Source: Candidatus Woesearchaeota archaeon (lineage in GTDB: Archaea > Nanobdellota > Nanobdellia > Pacearchaeales > GW2011-AR1). Taken from it: 64,000 nucleotides of DNA. A model generated the notes under the pieces. The model had not been told where the DNA came from, ran no database searches, and saw only the letters and a program-made list of their open reading frames with translations. The position numbers and the translations under genes were made by a program. Of this stretch, positions 9,145 through 17,370 are shown one piece after another (within the stretch, counting starts at the first letter, position 1; every line of letters begins with the position of its first letter). The stretch lies in the NCBI GenBank assembly GCA_964578845.1, contig CAZOEF010000004.1, forward strand, positions 1,562-65,561, given 5' to 3'.

Positions 9145-9441
9145 ATGGTGAAAAAAACAATATCTAAGAAAGTATCGACTGTAAAAATAACAGAGCCTAA
9201 GAATTTTCTAAGCCCTTATGCGTTCGGGCATTCATTAGGGTTAGTGAGCGCAATACTTATGCTAATACTTGCTGTCATGGCATGGTTTAGCGACTATAAT
9301 GGATACTTGATAACAGAGATCTTGCCAGTATCTTTCTCATTCACAAACTGGACTCTGATAATCGGTTTATTGGAGCTCTATGTTCTCGGCTACATAGCAG
9401 GATGGGTTTTTGCAGGATTATATAATAAGACTGCCAAGTAA
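9145..9441 (+). CDS. Small membrane protein (2-3 TM)
   Basis: Hydrophobic helices: LGLVSAILMLILAVMAWF and LIIGLLELYVLGYIAGWVFAGL. Confidence 0.55.
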   Translation: MVKKTISKKVSTVKITEPKNFLSPYAFGHSLGLVSAILMLILAVMAWFSDYNGYLITEILPVSFSFTNWTLIIGLLELYVLGYIAGWVFAGLYNKTAK

Positions 9442-9495
9442 TGCAAAATGCTTAAAAACATCCCCTGATTCACAGCTAGTGAAAGGAGGATAAAC

Positions 9496-9843
9496 ATGAA
9501 TTACGTAAAGACAGCTAACTGGTTATTGCTTGGATTGCTAATGTTAGGCTCAGGCCTATTAAAGCTGGCTGGAGAATTAGGATGGTATGGATTTGCTCCA
9601 TCAGGATTCCTTGAAACTTTAAAACTGCCTGCAGCTGTATTTTTAGCTTGGGTTTTGATAATTCTTGAAACAGGTTCAGGAATAGCAATACTTGCAAAAT
9701 GGCAATTGAAATATGTGACATGGATACCAGTAGTCATTCTTGTGGCTGCAGCAGCTATTGCTTACTACAGCAACATAAGCCAGATCTTGATTCATTTGAC
9801 CCTGGCATCTAGCTATTGGCTGCTCGGATCAAGAGACAAGTAA
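9496..9843 (+). CDS. DoxX-like small membrane protein
   Basis: Four predicted TM helices. A GGAGG Shine-Dalgarno sits 7 nt upstream (aaaGGAGGataaacATG). Confidence 0.5.
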   Translation: MNYVKTANWLLLGLLMLGSGLLKLAGELGWYGFAPSGFLETLKLPAAVFLAWVLIILETGSGIAILAKWQLKYVTWIPVVILVAAAAIAYYSNISQILIHLTLASSYWLLGSRDK

Positions 9844-9878
9844 ACAGAAATTTATTTTTATTTTTCCTTTGATTTAAG

Positions 9879-10910
9879 ATGAAAAAAATAGTAATAATAG
9901 GCGGAGGCTTCACAGGATCTTATTGTGCTAGAAAGCTCCAAAACAAATTCGATGTCACTTTGATAGACACCAAGGATTATTTTGAGTTCACTCCTAGCAT
10001 CTTAAGGACTATTATCGAGCCTCAGCACGCAAAAAAGATCCAGATTCCCCATAAAAAATACCTCAAAAAAGGAAGCTTCATCAAGGATTCTGTCATAGAG
10101 ATAACAAAAGATAAAGTAATGACTAAAACTAGGTCATTTGATTTTGACTATCTCATAATTGCTTCAGGATCTAACTACAACCATCCGATCAAGGAAGAAA
10201 ACGTCGTTCTAGCGACTAGAGCCAGCCACTTAATAGAGGCACATAAAAAATTAGAGCACGCAAAGACAATACTCATAATAGGCGGAGGCCTAGTCGGAGT
10301 AGAACTGGCTGCAGAGATAATCACTAAATATCCTGAAAAGAAAATAACAATTGTCAACGGAGGGGATAACTTGATATCCAGAAATCACCCTAAATCTATA
10401 AGATATGCCGAGAGATTATTAAAGAAAAAAGGAGTCAATATAATCCCTAAACAGAGAGTGATATCTAAAGACAAATCTAACTACTTGACTGACAAGGGAG
10501 AAAGGCTAAAAGGAGACATGGTCTTCATCTGCACAGGCATAAAATCAAACTACGAGTTCATGGAAAAGAATTTTTCTAAATTCCTTAATGAAAGGAAGCA
10601 GGCAAAGACTAACAAGTACCTTCAGTTCGATGATATGAAGAATGTATTCGCAGGAGGGGATATAACTGATATCATTGAGGAAAAGACAGCGCAGTCTGCA
10701 GAAAAGCAGGCAAGGATAATAGTGAAGAATGTCAAGAGGATGGAAAATAATCTTTCATTAAAGGAATATATCCCAAAAAAAAGGCCAATGGTCATAAGTT
10801 TAGGGAAGTACAGGGGAATATTTGACACAGGGACTTTCGTCTCAAATGGACCGATTCCCGCAATAATAAAATATTTCATTGAAAAGAAAACAATGGTGGG
10901 ATACAGGTAG
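9879..10910 (+). CDS. FAD-dependent pyridine nucleotide-disulfide oxidoreductase (NDH-2/AIF-like)
   Basis: N-terminal Rossmann motif KIVIIGGGFTGS, a second dinucleotide fold ILIIGGGLVGVELAAE, and C-terminal FAGGDIT. Confidence 0.8.
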   Translation: MKKIVIIGGGFTGSYCARKLQNKFDVTLIDTKDYFEFTPSILRTIIEPQHAKKIQIPHKKYLKKGSFIKDSVIEITKDKVMTKTRSFDFDYLIIASGSNYNHPIKEENVVLATRASHLIEAHKKLEHAKTILIIGGGLVGVELAAEIITKYPEKKITIVNGGDNLISRNHPKSIRYAERLLKKKGVNIIPKQRVISKDKSNYLTDKGERLKGDMVFICTGIKSNYEFMEKNFSKFLNERKQAKTNKYLQFDDMKNVFAGGDITDIIEEKTAQSAEKQARIIVKNVKRMENNLSLKEYIPKKRPMVISLGKYRGIFDTGTFVSNGPIPAIIKYFIEKKTMVGYR

Positions 10911-10958
10911 TATTTTTTTTACTTCAAGGGTTTATATTTTTCAGAATTATATCTATTA

Positions 10959-11126
10959 ATGGGATTTTTATCATGGGCTATAGTGTTTCTGGTTGTGGCG
11001 CTTGTAGCAGCAGTCCTGGGTTTTGGAGGAATAGCTGGAGTATCAGCTACAATAGCCAAATGGCTCTTCGTGATATTCATAATATTATTCATAATATCAA
11101 TAATAAAATATTTCATAGACCGCTAG
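10959..11126 (+). CDS. UPF0391/DUF1328-type small membrane protein (55 aa), missing from the ORF track
   Basis: My translation is [55 protein letters not shown]. The LGFGGIAG core is typical of YtjA-like proteins. Track ORF 10919..11116(-) is its antisense shadow. Confidence 0.7.
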   Translation: MGFLSWAIVFLVVALVAAVLGFGGIAGVSATIAKWLFVIFIILFIISIIKYFIDR

Positions 11127-11156
11127 CACTAGATTTATAAATAACCATTCTAAATA

Positions 11157-11696
11157 ATGAAAAAGAGAATGGCAAAAAATATTCAGAATAGGTTAAGTTT
11201 GGCACTTAATATTTTTCTAATAATCGGGATGATTATAGCATTGTTCTTAGTTTATGAGCATTTCTCAGATAGCGTTGACGAGTTCTGCACTTTCGGGGAA
11301 TCACTCAACTGCGGTGTTGTAAACAAGTCCCCTTATGCTAACATCGACGGAATATCTTATCTTCTTACAATTGATTATAAAATTGACATTAGGCTGATAA
11401 ACATCTCTGGCAAGAATTTCATCCTTGATCTATTGACATCTAATGCCTTCTTAGGCCTTTTGACATTATTATTCTTATTCACTGTTAACACAAGATATAA
11501 AAATAAGGATTTTCTTTTTATAAAGAAAGAGGATAGGATAAAATGGATAAGGGGTATATTGGTATTAGGGGTGATTTACGGCTTATATCTGTTTTACATA
11601 CAATTTGCAATACTCAAAACATATTGCCCATTCTGCCTGGCTTTGGATGGCATAATGGTCTTGTCATTAATAACAGCGTTTTTGATTAAAAAATGA
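11157..11696 (+). CDS. Vitamin K epoxide reductase (VKOR)-family membrane thiol oxidoreductase
   Basis: Loop cysteine pair CTFGESLNC followed by ...SPYA, and a CxxC in the last TM helix (YCPFCLALD). Four or five TM helices. Confidence 0.75.
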   Translation: MKKRMAKNIQNRLSLALNIFLIIGMIIALFLVYEHFSDSVDEFCTFGESLNCGVVNKSPYANIDGISYLLTIDYKIDIRLINISGKNFILDLLTSNAFLGLLTLLFLFTVNTRYKNKDFLFIKKEDRIKWIRGILVLGVIYGLYLFYIQFAILKTYCPFCLALDGIMVLSLITAFLIKK

Positions 11697-12106
11697 GCAA
11701 AAAGAAAAACAATCCGGCATTGATGTGGGGAGGAATCGCTATAGTTGTTATCGTAGTCCTGATCCTTCTAATTGTCTTATTCACTTCCTCCGGGCCTGAT
11801 TACACTCAGGAAAGCGTCGATGCATTCGCCAAGTGCATAACTGACTCAGGAGCTACAATGTACGGCGCATTCTGGTGCCCTCACTGTGCCAAGACAAAGA
11901 AGATGTTTGGCAATTCTTTCCAGTATATTGATTATGTCGAATGCGATCCTCGGGGGGACAATCAGCAGGCAGAGCTATGCTTAGAAAAAGATATCCTAGA
12001 TTATGATACCTGGGAATTTGCTGACGGTTCAAGGATTGTCTCTGAGCCTACCTTTGAGGAATTGAGCCAAAAAACAGGTTGCGCTATGCCGCAGGAGGCT
12101 GAATAA
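11693..12106 (+). CDS. Membrane-anchored thioredoxin-like protein
   Basis: N-terminal TM anchor and a WCPHC active site (GAFWCPHCAKTK). Its ATGA start overlaps the VKOR stop. Confidence 0.7.
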   Translation: MSKKKNNPALMWGGIAIVVIVVLILLIVLFTSSGPDYTQESVDAFAKCITDSGATMYGAFWCPHCAKTKKMFGNSFQYIDYVECDPRGDNQQAELCLEKDILDYDTWEFADGSRIVSEPTFEELSQKTGCAMPQEAE

Positions 12107-12843
12107 TGGCAAGTCTTCCTGCATTGCCTGTCGTAATTCTGACTGCCTTGATCGATTCTATAAATCCTTGTGCTATAGGAGTCTTAGTATTATTAATAGC
12201 AACGCTTCTCTCGTTGTCGAAGAATAAACAGAAGATGCTTGTTGTAGGGTCTATCTATATTCTGGCAGTATTCGTGACTTACTTAGCAGCAGGATTCGGA
12301 TTGCTGGTAATTATACAAAAACTCAATATCAGTGAGCCATTAAGCTGGATAGTAGGGATATTGGTCATAGTACTTGGATTTCTTGAGATAAAAGACTTCT
12401 TCTGGTATGGCAAGGGCCTGACTTTACAGATACCTGCGAGAAGGGCTGAACAGATTAAGAAGATGATGAAAAAAGTCTCTATCCCTGGTGCAATTATCTT
12501 GGGCGTATTCGTCGCTGCTGTTGAATTGCCTTGCACAGGCGGGCCATATTTAGCAATGACTACTCTGTTAGCGCAAATAGGATTTTCCTGGGCAGTGTTC
12601 TGGCTATTAGTATTGTACAACTTCATATTCGTGCTTCCTCTGATAGTCATACTCTCATTAGTATATTTTGGAGTAAGCGCTGAAAGCATAAAGAAATGGA
12701 AGAATCAACAGAAGAAGTGGATGAGGCTATTCATAGGTTTGATAATGATTGCTCTTGGAATAGTATTGATCTTGTGGGCTAACGGCACAATAAGCTTTGG
12801 TTTAGATTATTCTAATTTTGAATTATTCTTGAGATTGATTTAA
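12106..12843 (+). CDS. CcdA/DsbD-family transmembrane thiol-disulfide electron transporter
   Basis: Two membrane-embedded Cys motifs (LIDSINPCAIGVL and VELPCTGGPYL) and six TM helices. The start abuts the previous stop (TAATGG). Confidence 0.75.
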   Translation: MASLPALPVVILTALIDSINPCAIGVLVLLIATLLSLSKNKQKMLVVGSIYILAVFVTYLAAGFGLLVIIQKLNISEPLSWIVGILVIVLGFLEIKDFFWYGKGLTLQIPARRAEQIKKMMKKVSIPGAIILGVFVAAVELPCTGGPYLAMTTLLAQIGFSWAVFWLLVLYNFIFVLPLIVILSLVYFGVSAESIKKWKNQQKKWMRLFIGLIMIALGIVLILWANGTISFGLDYSNFELFLRLI

Positions 12844-13445
12844 TCTTCCTTAAATTCACCCTCAAAAGCAAATTCCTCTACAGGATTCCTTGAATTGGGC
12901 TTCTCGCTTTTCTGCATCCTTTCAGGAATCATGTCTAGTTCTCCAGGTTTTCCTATAGCTATCATATGGACTACTTCATAATCATCAGGAATCTTTAGTT
13001 CCTTACGGGCCTTTTCAACATCATAGCCAGCCATGCCATGCGCTATATATCCATTTAATGATGCCTGCAATGCCAGGTTCTCCCACGCAGATCCTGAATC
13101 AGACATATGGTTTCGGTTTGGCTTGTTATCTTTAGCAAAAGTTTTCTTTGCAACCAAACATGCTAAAACAGATGCGTTCTTGCACCATAATCTATTGAAA
13201 TCACTAAGTATGCCGAAGAATTTTTCCCAGTCCTGAGAATCCCTATGTGCATAGACAAATCTCCACGGCTGCTCATTATTAGACGAAGGCGCCCATCTTG
13301 CAGCTTCAAACAGCACCATTAATTCTTCATCAGTCATCGCTTCTCCTGATAATGCTCTCGGGCTCCATCTGTTCAGGAATAACTCACTAATTGGATAATC
13401 AGCAATTCTCTCAGAACTTCCCTTTTTATAGGCCATAATAAACAA
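12840..13445 (-). CDS. Nitroreductase-family oxidoreductase
   Basis: RWSPRA...LFEAARWAPSSNNEQPWRF is the classic nitroreductase N-terminal signature. Confidence 0.8.
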   Translation of the reverse strand: MFIMAYKKGSSERIADYPISELFLNRWSPRALSGEAMTDEELMVLFEAARWAPSSNNEQPWRFVYAHRDSQDWEKFFGILSDFNRLWCKNASVLACLVAKKTFAKDNKPNRNHMSDSGSAWENLALQASLNGYIAHGMAGYDVEKARKELKIPDDYEVVHMIAIGKPGELDMIPERMQKSEKPNSRNPVEEFAFEGEFKED

Positions 13446-13449
13446 AATA

Positions 13450-13953
13450 TTAATCTTCTTTTATAACTTGCGTTAACACTGTTGTCCTTGGATAACTGCT
13501 TAATCTTTTTCTCATCAATGTAAACCTCTGGCCAGGATCATCTTCATTATATCCTCTTGCCGAGAAGAAATCAACAGCATTTTTCGTTGCTAACACCTCA
13601 ATGGAATCCATTCCATTGGCTAATGCTATCCTTTCAAGCTCCTTCAACAATCTTGTTCCTGCTCCTCTCTTCAGGTTATTCTTATCAACATGTAAATGCC
13701 TCAATGTTCCTTCATAAGTTAATTCTCCAAAACCTATGATCTCCCTCTTTTCAACAGCCACACGGGAATAAGATTCTGACAATTCTCTTTGAACAGTAAG
13801 AGGATTATTCATTTCTTTGGTGAATTTTTCAATGAACTCAGTAGGGTAATGCTTTCCAAGTACATGCCTGACAGTGTTCTGGTATAAGCTGATTATGCTC
13901 ATCACGTCCTCTTTTCTATACACCCTGATTTCCATGGACTCTAGTCTACTCAA
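13450..13953 (-). CDS. GNAT-family N-acetyltransferase
   Basis: Acetyl-CoA motif A-like segment: LHVDKNNLKRGAGTRLLKELERIA. Confidence 0.75.
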   Translation of the reverse strand: MSRLESMEIRVYRKEDVMSIISLYQNTVRHVLGKHYPTEFIEKFTKEMNNPLTVQRELSESYSRVAVEKREIIGFGELTYEGTLRHLHVDKNNLKRGAGTRLLKELERIALANGMDSIEVLATKNAVDFFSARGYNEDDPGQRFTLMRKRLSSYPRTTVLTQVIKED

Positions 13954-13968
13954 AACAATATAAAAAAT

Positions 13969-14658
13969 TTATGCAGCCTTAAGTCCTGAATTTCTTCCTC
14001 TTTGCATTAAGAATTTGCCTAATATCCTTGCCCTTACAGGATGGAATGGATAAATTAATCCAGGATGGCCTTCTATTTTTCTCATGACTTTATACAAATC
14101 TATTTCTAGCCTGCCATCGTGAGTCAATAACATCACTGGCTGATACATTCCTCTGGCAATTGATGTAGCGATTAATTTATTATCAGTGTTCAATCTGTCT
14201 CCTAGCTTGACACTAGCCCTCATCCGTTTCAATATTGATTTCCTATCGCAATGGACCTGATTTGCATAATCTCTAGCTATATTGTAAAGATGCCCTTGTT
14301 CCCCGCTAAAAATATGCAGTTCGCTATTATATAAATTAATAACCTCTTCAAATTTTCGTTTATATTCCTCAAATTCAATCAATAAGCCAGTCTTTTTTCT
14401 TGATCCCTTGCTGCTGGAGAATAAGTCTATCTGTCTTTGAATGACTACTGCCCTTCTTTCAAGCTCTTTTTTTACTTCTTCAGTCAATGTCAGTTGCCCT
14501 GCTTGCCTAATGCTATCAATATACTCTATTTCCTGCTGGAAATCATAATCAGTAGTTCTTAGAAAAGCATCAACTCCTCCATTAGCAAAGCGGTTGACTA
14601 CATCTTCATCTCCATATTTACTAAATATCGACGTATCTGCTAATACTAATTCTTCCAT
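13969..14658 (-). CDS. PIN-like nuclease domain protein with a roughly 100-aa helical insertion (tentative)
   Basis: N-terminal LVLADTSIF, later NTDNKLIATSIA and LLTHDGRL resemble PIN motifs 1, 3 and 4. A phased TATA lies on the minus strand at 14688->14681. Confidence 0.45.
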   Translation of the reverse strand: MEELVLADTSIFSKYGDEDVVNRFANGGVDAFLRTTDYDFQQEIEYIDSIRQAGQLTLTEEVKKELERRAVVIQRQIDLFSSSKGSRKKTGLLIEFEEYKRKFEEVINLYNSELHIFSGEQGHLYNIARDYANQVHCDRKSILKRMRASVKLGDRLNTDNKLIATSIARGMYQPVMLLTHDGRLEIDLYKVMRKIEGHPGLIYPFHPVRARILGKFLMQRGRNSGLKAA

Positions 14659-14719
14659 TAAATGTGAATCTTTTGGGCCACTTTTAAATATTTCTATTTG
14701 TTATCACTATATGATTACA

Positions 14720-14727
14720 TTTAAAAG
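14720..14727 (+). promoter_or_regulatory. TATA box (TTTAAAAG) starting 29 nt upstream of ATG 14749
   Basis: Phased TATA pattern. Confidence 0.55.
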
Positions 14728-14748
14728 CAATATCTTAATTGAATAGGT

Positions 14749-15378
14749 ATGTTTTACAAGGAATTTGATGCTGTTCTTGAAGGAAAAGCCAAAAGAATAG
14801 GCTTTCTTGGAGAGAACCACATTTATACTTTGAAGGAGTCTGATTTTGCATACGGGAAGGTGATAAATTATTCTTGTGTCGGAGTGGAAAGGGTTGAAGG
14901 ATTTCACTTAGCCCATCTTTGTCTAGACACATTACGCCAGGTGATTAATGTTCCTAGTGATATCTGCTATGAAATAATAAAGGGAAGAAACCCTGATCTA
15001 AAGACTGCGGAAAAACACGCTAAGGACCTGGACAAAAAACTAGTCCGTCTTGATATGCCTATTCCTTTATACAAGTATCCTATGATTATCGCGCTTGGTG
15101 CTGCTTCAATACCTTTTTTGCCTTTGTCTATAATTCTTGGCAATAATGATGAAGAAATATATTTTAATGAAGAATATCCTGAGAATTCCGCTTTTAGGAT
15201 TAAAAGTTATTTAGGGCATCTGAAACAAAGGGATATGCATATGGCTAGGGCAGCTATGAATCACTTAAAATCACTTGACAATATGCTCATCAACTCTGGT
15301 TCTGCCCATATTCCTGGCATGATAAGGATATTTAGGGAATCAGCAGATATGAGGTTAATAAGGGAAGAGATGTGTTAA
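14749..15378 (+). CDS. TraB/GumN/Tiki-superfamily-like protein (tentative)
   Basis: N-terminal FLGENHIY and C-terminal SGSAHIPGMIRI resemble the two GxxH motifs of that superfamily. One internal hydrophobic helix. Confidence 0.4.
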   Translation: MFYKEFDAVLEGKAKRIGFLGENHIYTLKESDFAYGKVINYSCVGVERVEGFHLAHLCLDTLRQVINVPSDICYEIIKGRNPDLKTAEKHAKDLDKKLVRLDMPIPLYKYPMIIALGAASIPFLPLSIILGNNDEEIYFNEEYPENSAFRIKSYLGHLKQRDMHMARAAMNHLKSLDNMLINSGSAHIPGMIRIFRESADMRLIREEMC

Positions 15379-16655
15379 CGTATAACTTTCTTCCCGTTCA
15401 TATATGGCACTAAAACATCAGGTATCTTCACGCTTCCGTCTTTCTGCTGGTAATTCTCTAGTATAGCAACCATTGCCCTTGAAGTAGCTATCGCAGTATT
15501 GTTCAGGGTATGCACAAATTTTCTTTCCCCATCCTTGTCAAAGAATTTGATGTTAAGCCTTCTAGCCTGGGCACTCTCCATGTTAGTCACAGAGGTTATC
15601 TCGAAATAAGCATTCTGTCTTGGAGACCATATCTCTAAATCTGCCCCCTTAGCCTTCAAATCCCCCAGGTCTCCTGAACAGGACTCTAATACCCTGATAG
15701 GTATTTTTAGCTGCTTAAATAAATCAATAGACAGGCTCAATAATTCATCATAATACTTGTATGAATCATCAGGATGGCATATTATAACCATCTCCTGCTT
15801 GTTGAACTGGTGCGTCCTGAATAGTCCTTTCTCGTCTATTCCGTGGCTGCCTATCTCTTTTCGAAAGCACATAGAGTAGGCTGTCAATTTTAATGGAAGG
15901 TCTTTGTAAGTCAGTGTCTTGTTGATGAACATTCCTATCACAGGATGCTCTGAAGTCGCTATCAGGTTCAGGTCCTCGCCTTCAATCTTGTAAGCCATTT
16001 GGTCTATTTCAGCCTTGGAGTAAACCCCTCTTAAGACATCTTCCCTTATCATCAATGGAGGCTCAATATACAAGTATCCTTTAGAGACCATGAAATCCCT
16101 CGCATAATTTATCAATGCCTGGTTTAGTAATGCTAAATCTCCTTTTAGGATATAGAAACCTTTTCCTGCGATCTCTGTAGCAGTATCAAAGTCAGCCACT
16201 CCCAGGTTTTCAGCAAGTTCGGCATGGTTTACAATAGTGAAGTCCGTCTTCTTTGGCTTTCCTACCTCCTGCCTGACAACATTCTGCGAAGAATCCTTCC
16301 CTATCGGGACACTTTCGTGCAGCATATTCGGGATAAAAGAAAGGTCCTTATCGATCTCCATCCTTAATTTATCTGCCTTTTCCTCTATCTTGGCTATCTT
16401 TTCAGGAATTTCCTTGGCTTTTTTCATCAGGGCTGAAGGGTTCTTCTTTTCCTTCATCGCTATAGCGATCTCTTTAGAGACCTTGTTCCTTTCAGATCTT
16501 AATTCGTCTGCTTCAGTCTTGAGTTTCCTCCAGTCTGAATCTTTCTTCAAGATCTTATCAACTAATGGAATCTTATTATTCTGGAATTTTTTCTTTATAT
16601 TCTCTTTTATCAGATCAGGATTTTCCCTGAGCAATTTTATATCAATCATTCTCAA
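15375..16655 (-). CDS. serS: Seryl-tRNA synthetase
   Basis: N-terminal coiled-coil arm. Class II motifs FRKEIGSHG..GLFRTHQF and NNTAIATSRAMVAILENYQ. Confidence 0.95.
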   Translation of the reverse strand: MRMIDIKLLRENPDLIKENIKKKFQNNKIPLVDKILKKDSDWRKLKTEADELRSERNKVSKEIAIAMKEKKNPSALMKKAKEIPEKIAKIEEKADKLRMEIDKDLSFIPNMLHESVPIGKDSSQNVVRQEVGKPKKTDFTIVNHAELAENLGVADFDTATEIAGKGFYILKGDLALLNQALINYARDFMVSKGYLYIEPPLMIREDVLRGVYSKAEIDQMAYKIEGEDLNLIATSEHPVIGMFINKTLTYKDLPLKLTAYSMCFRKEIGSHGIDEKGLFRTHQFNKQEMVIICHPDDSYKYYDELLSLSIDLFKQLKIPIRVLESCSGDLGDLKAKGADLEIWSPRQNAYFEITSVTNMESAQARRLNIKFFDKDGERKFVHTLNNTAIATSRAMVAILENYQQKDGSVKIPDVLVPYMNGKKVIR

Positions 16656-16725
16656 GACTATATGCCTAATTATTTAAATTTGACTAAGTTTATAAATAGC
16701 AAATATCTCTTAAGTTTATAAAAAG

Positions 16726-17370
16726 ATGGTGTCTGTCACTCAGTTGTTGGATGAATTTGCTAATGGATTAAGCACTGGCTACCATCAGCTGGCCTCAAGC
16801 CTGACTTTTGAATATTCCTCTTTATTGAACGTGTTCATTTTTTCTTTATTGATTTCTGCTTACGCTATATTTACCTGGAAATTTTATCGTTTTTTATCTA
16901 AAAGGGATTTGATAGAACTAAATCTCCAACAATATAATATTGCAAGCCATCCTTTCCTCGCTAAATTCTTCGGAGTGATACTCTATTTTGTGGAATTCGT
17001 AGTTATCCTTCCTTTCATTATATTCTTCTGGTTTGCAGTCTTAGGAATATTAATACTGATACTTTCAGAAGAGCTGACAGCTGATAAAGTGATTGTACTT
17101 TCTGCTGCAATGATAGCTTCAATAAGAATACTCTCATATTACCAGGATGACCTTTCAAAAGACCTTGCTAAAATATTTCCTTTCACAATCCTTACTATAA
17201 TACTCCTTACCCCTAGCTTCTTTTCTCTTCCAAGAATCCTTGACAATCTTGGCCAGATCCCTGCTTTCCTGGGGAATATTGTCTTATATTTAGTATTCAT
17301 AATGGCTGTAGAGCTTATCTTAAGAGTAATTGGTTTGATATTTGGGCTATTTGATGAGGAAGTTGAGTGA
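16726..17370 (+). CDS. Integral membrane protein, unknown function
   Basis: About six hydrophobic helices. It ends tail-to-tail against the next gene with zero spacing. Confidence 0.55.
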   Translation: MVSVTQLLDEFANGLSTGYHQLASSLTFEYSSLLNVFIFSLLISAYAIFTWKFYRFLSKRDLIELNLQQYNIASHPFLAKFFGVILYFVEFVVILPFIIFFWFAVLGILILILSEELTADKVIVLSAAMIASIRILSYYQDDLSKDLAKIFPFTILTIILLTPSFFSLPRILDNLGQIPAFLGNIVLYLVFIMAVELILRVIGLIFGLFDEEVE

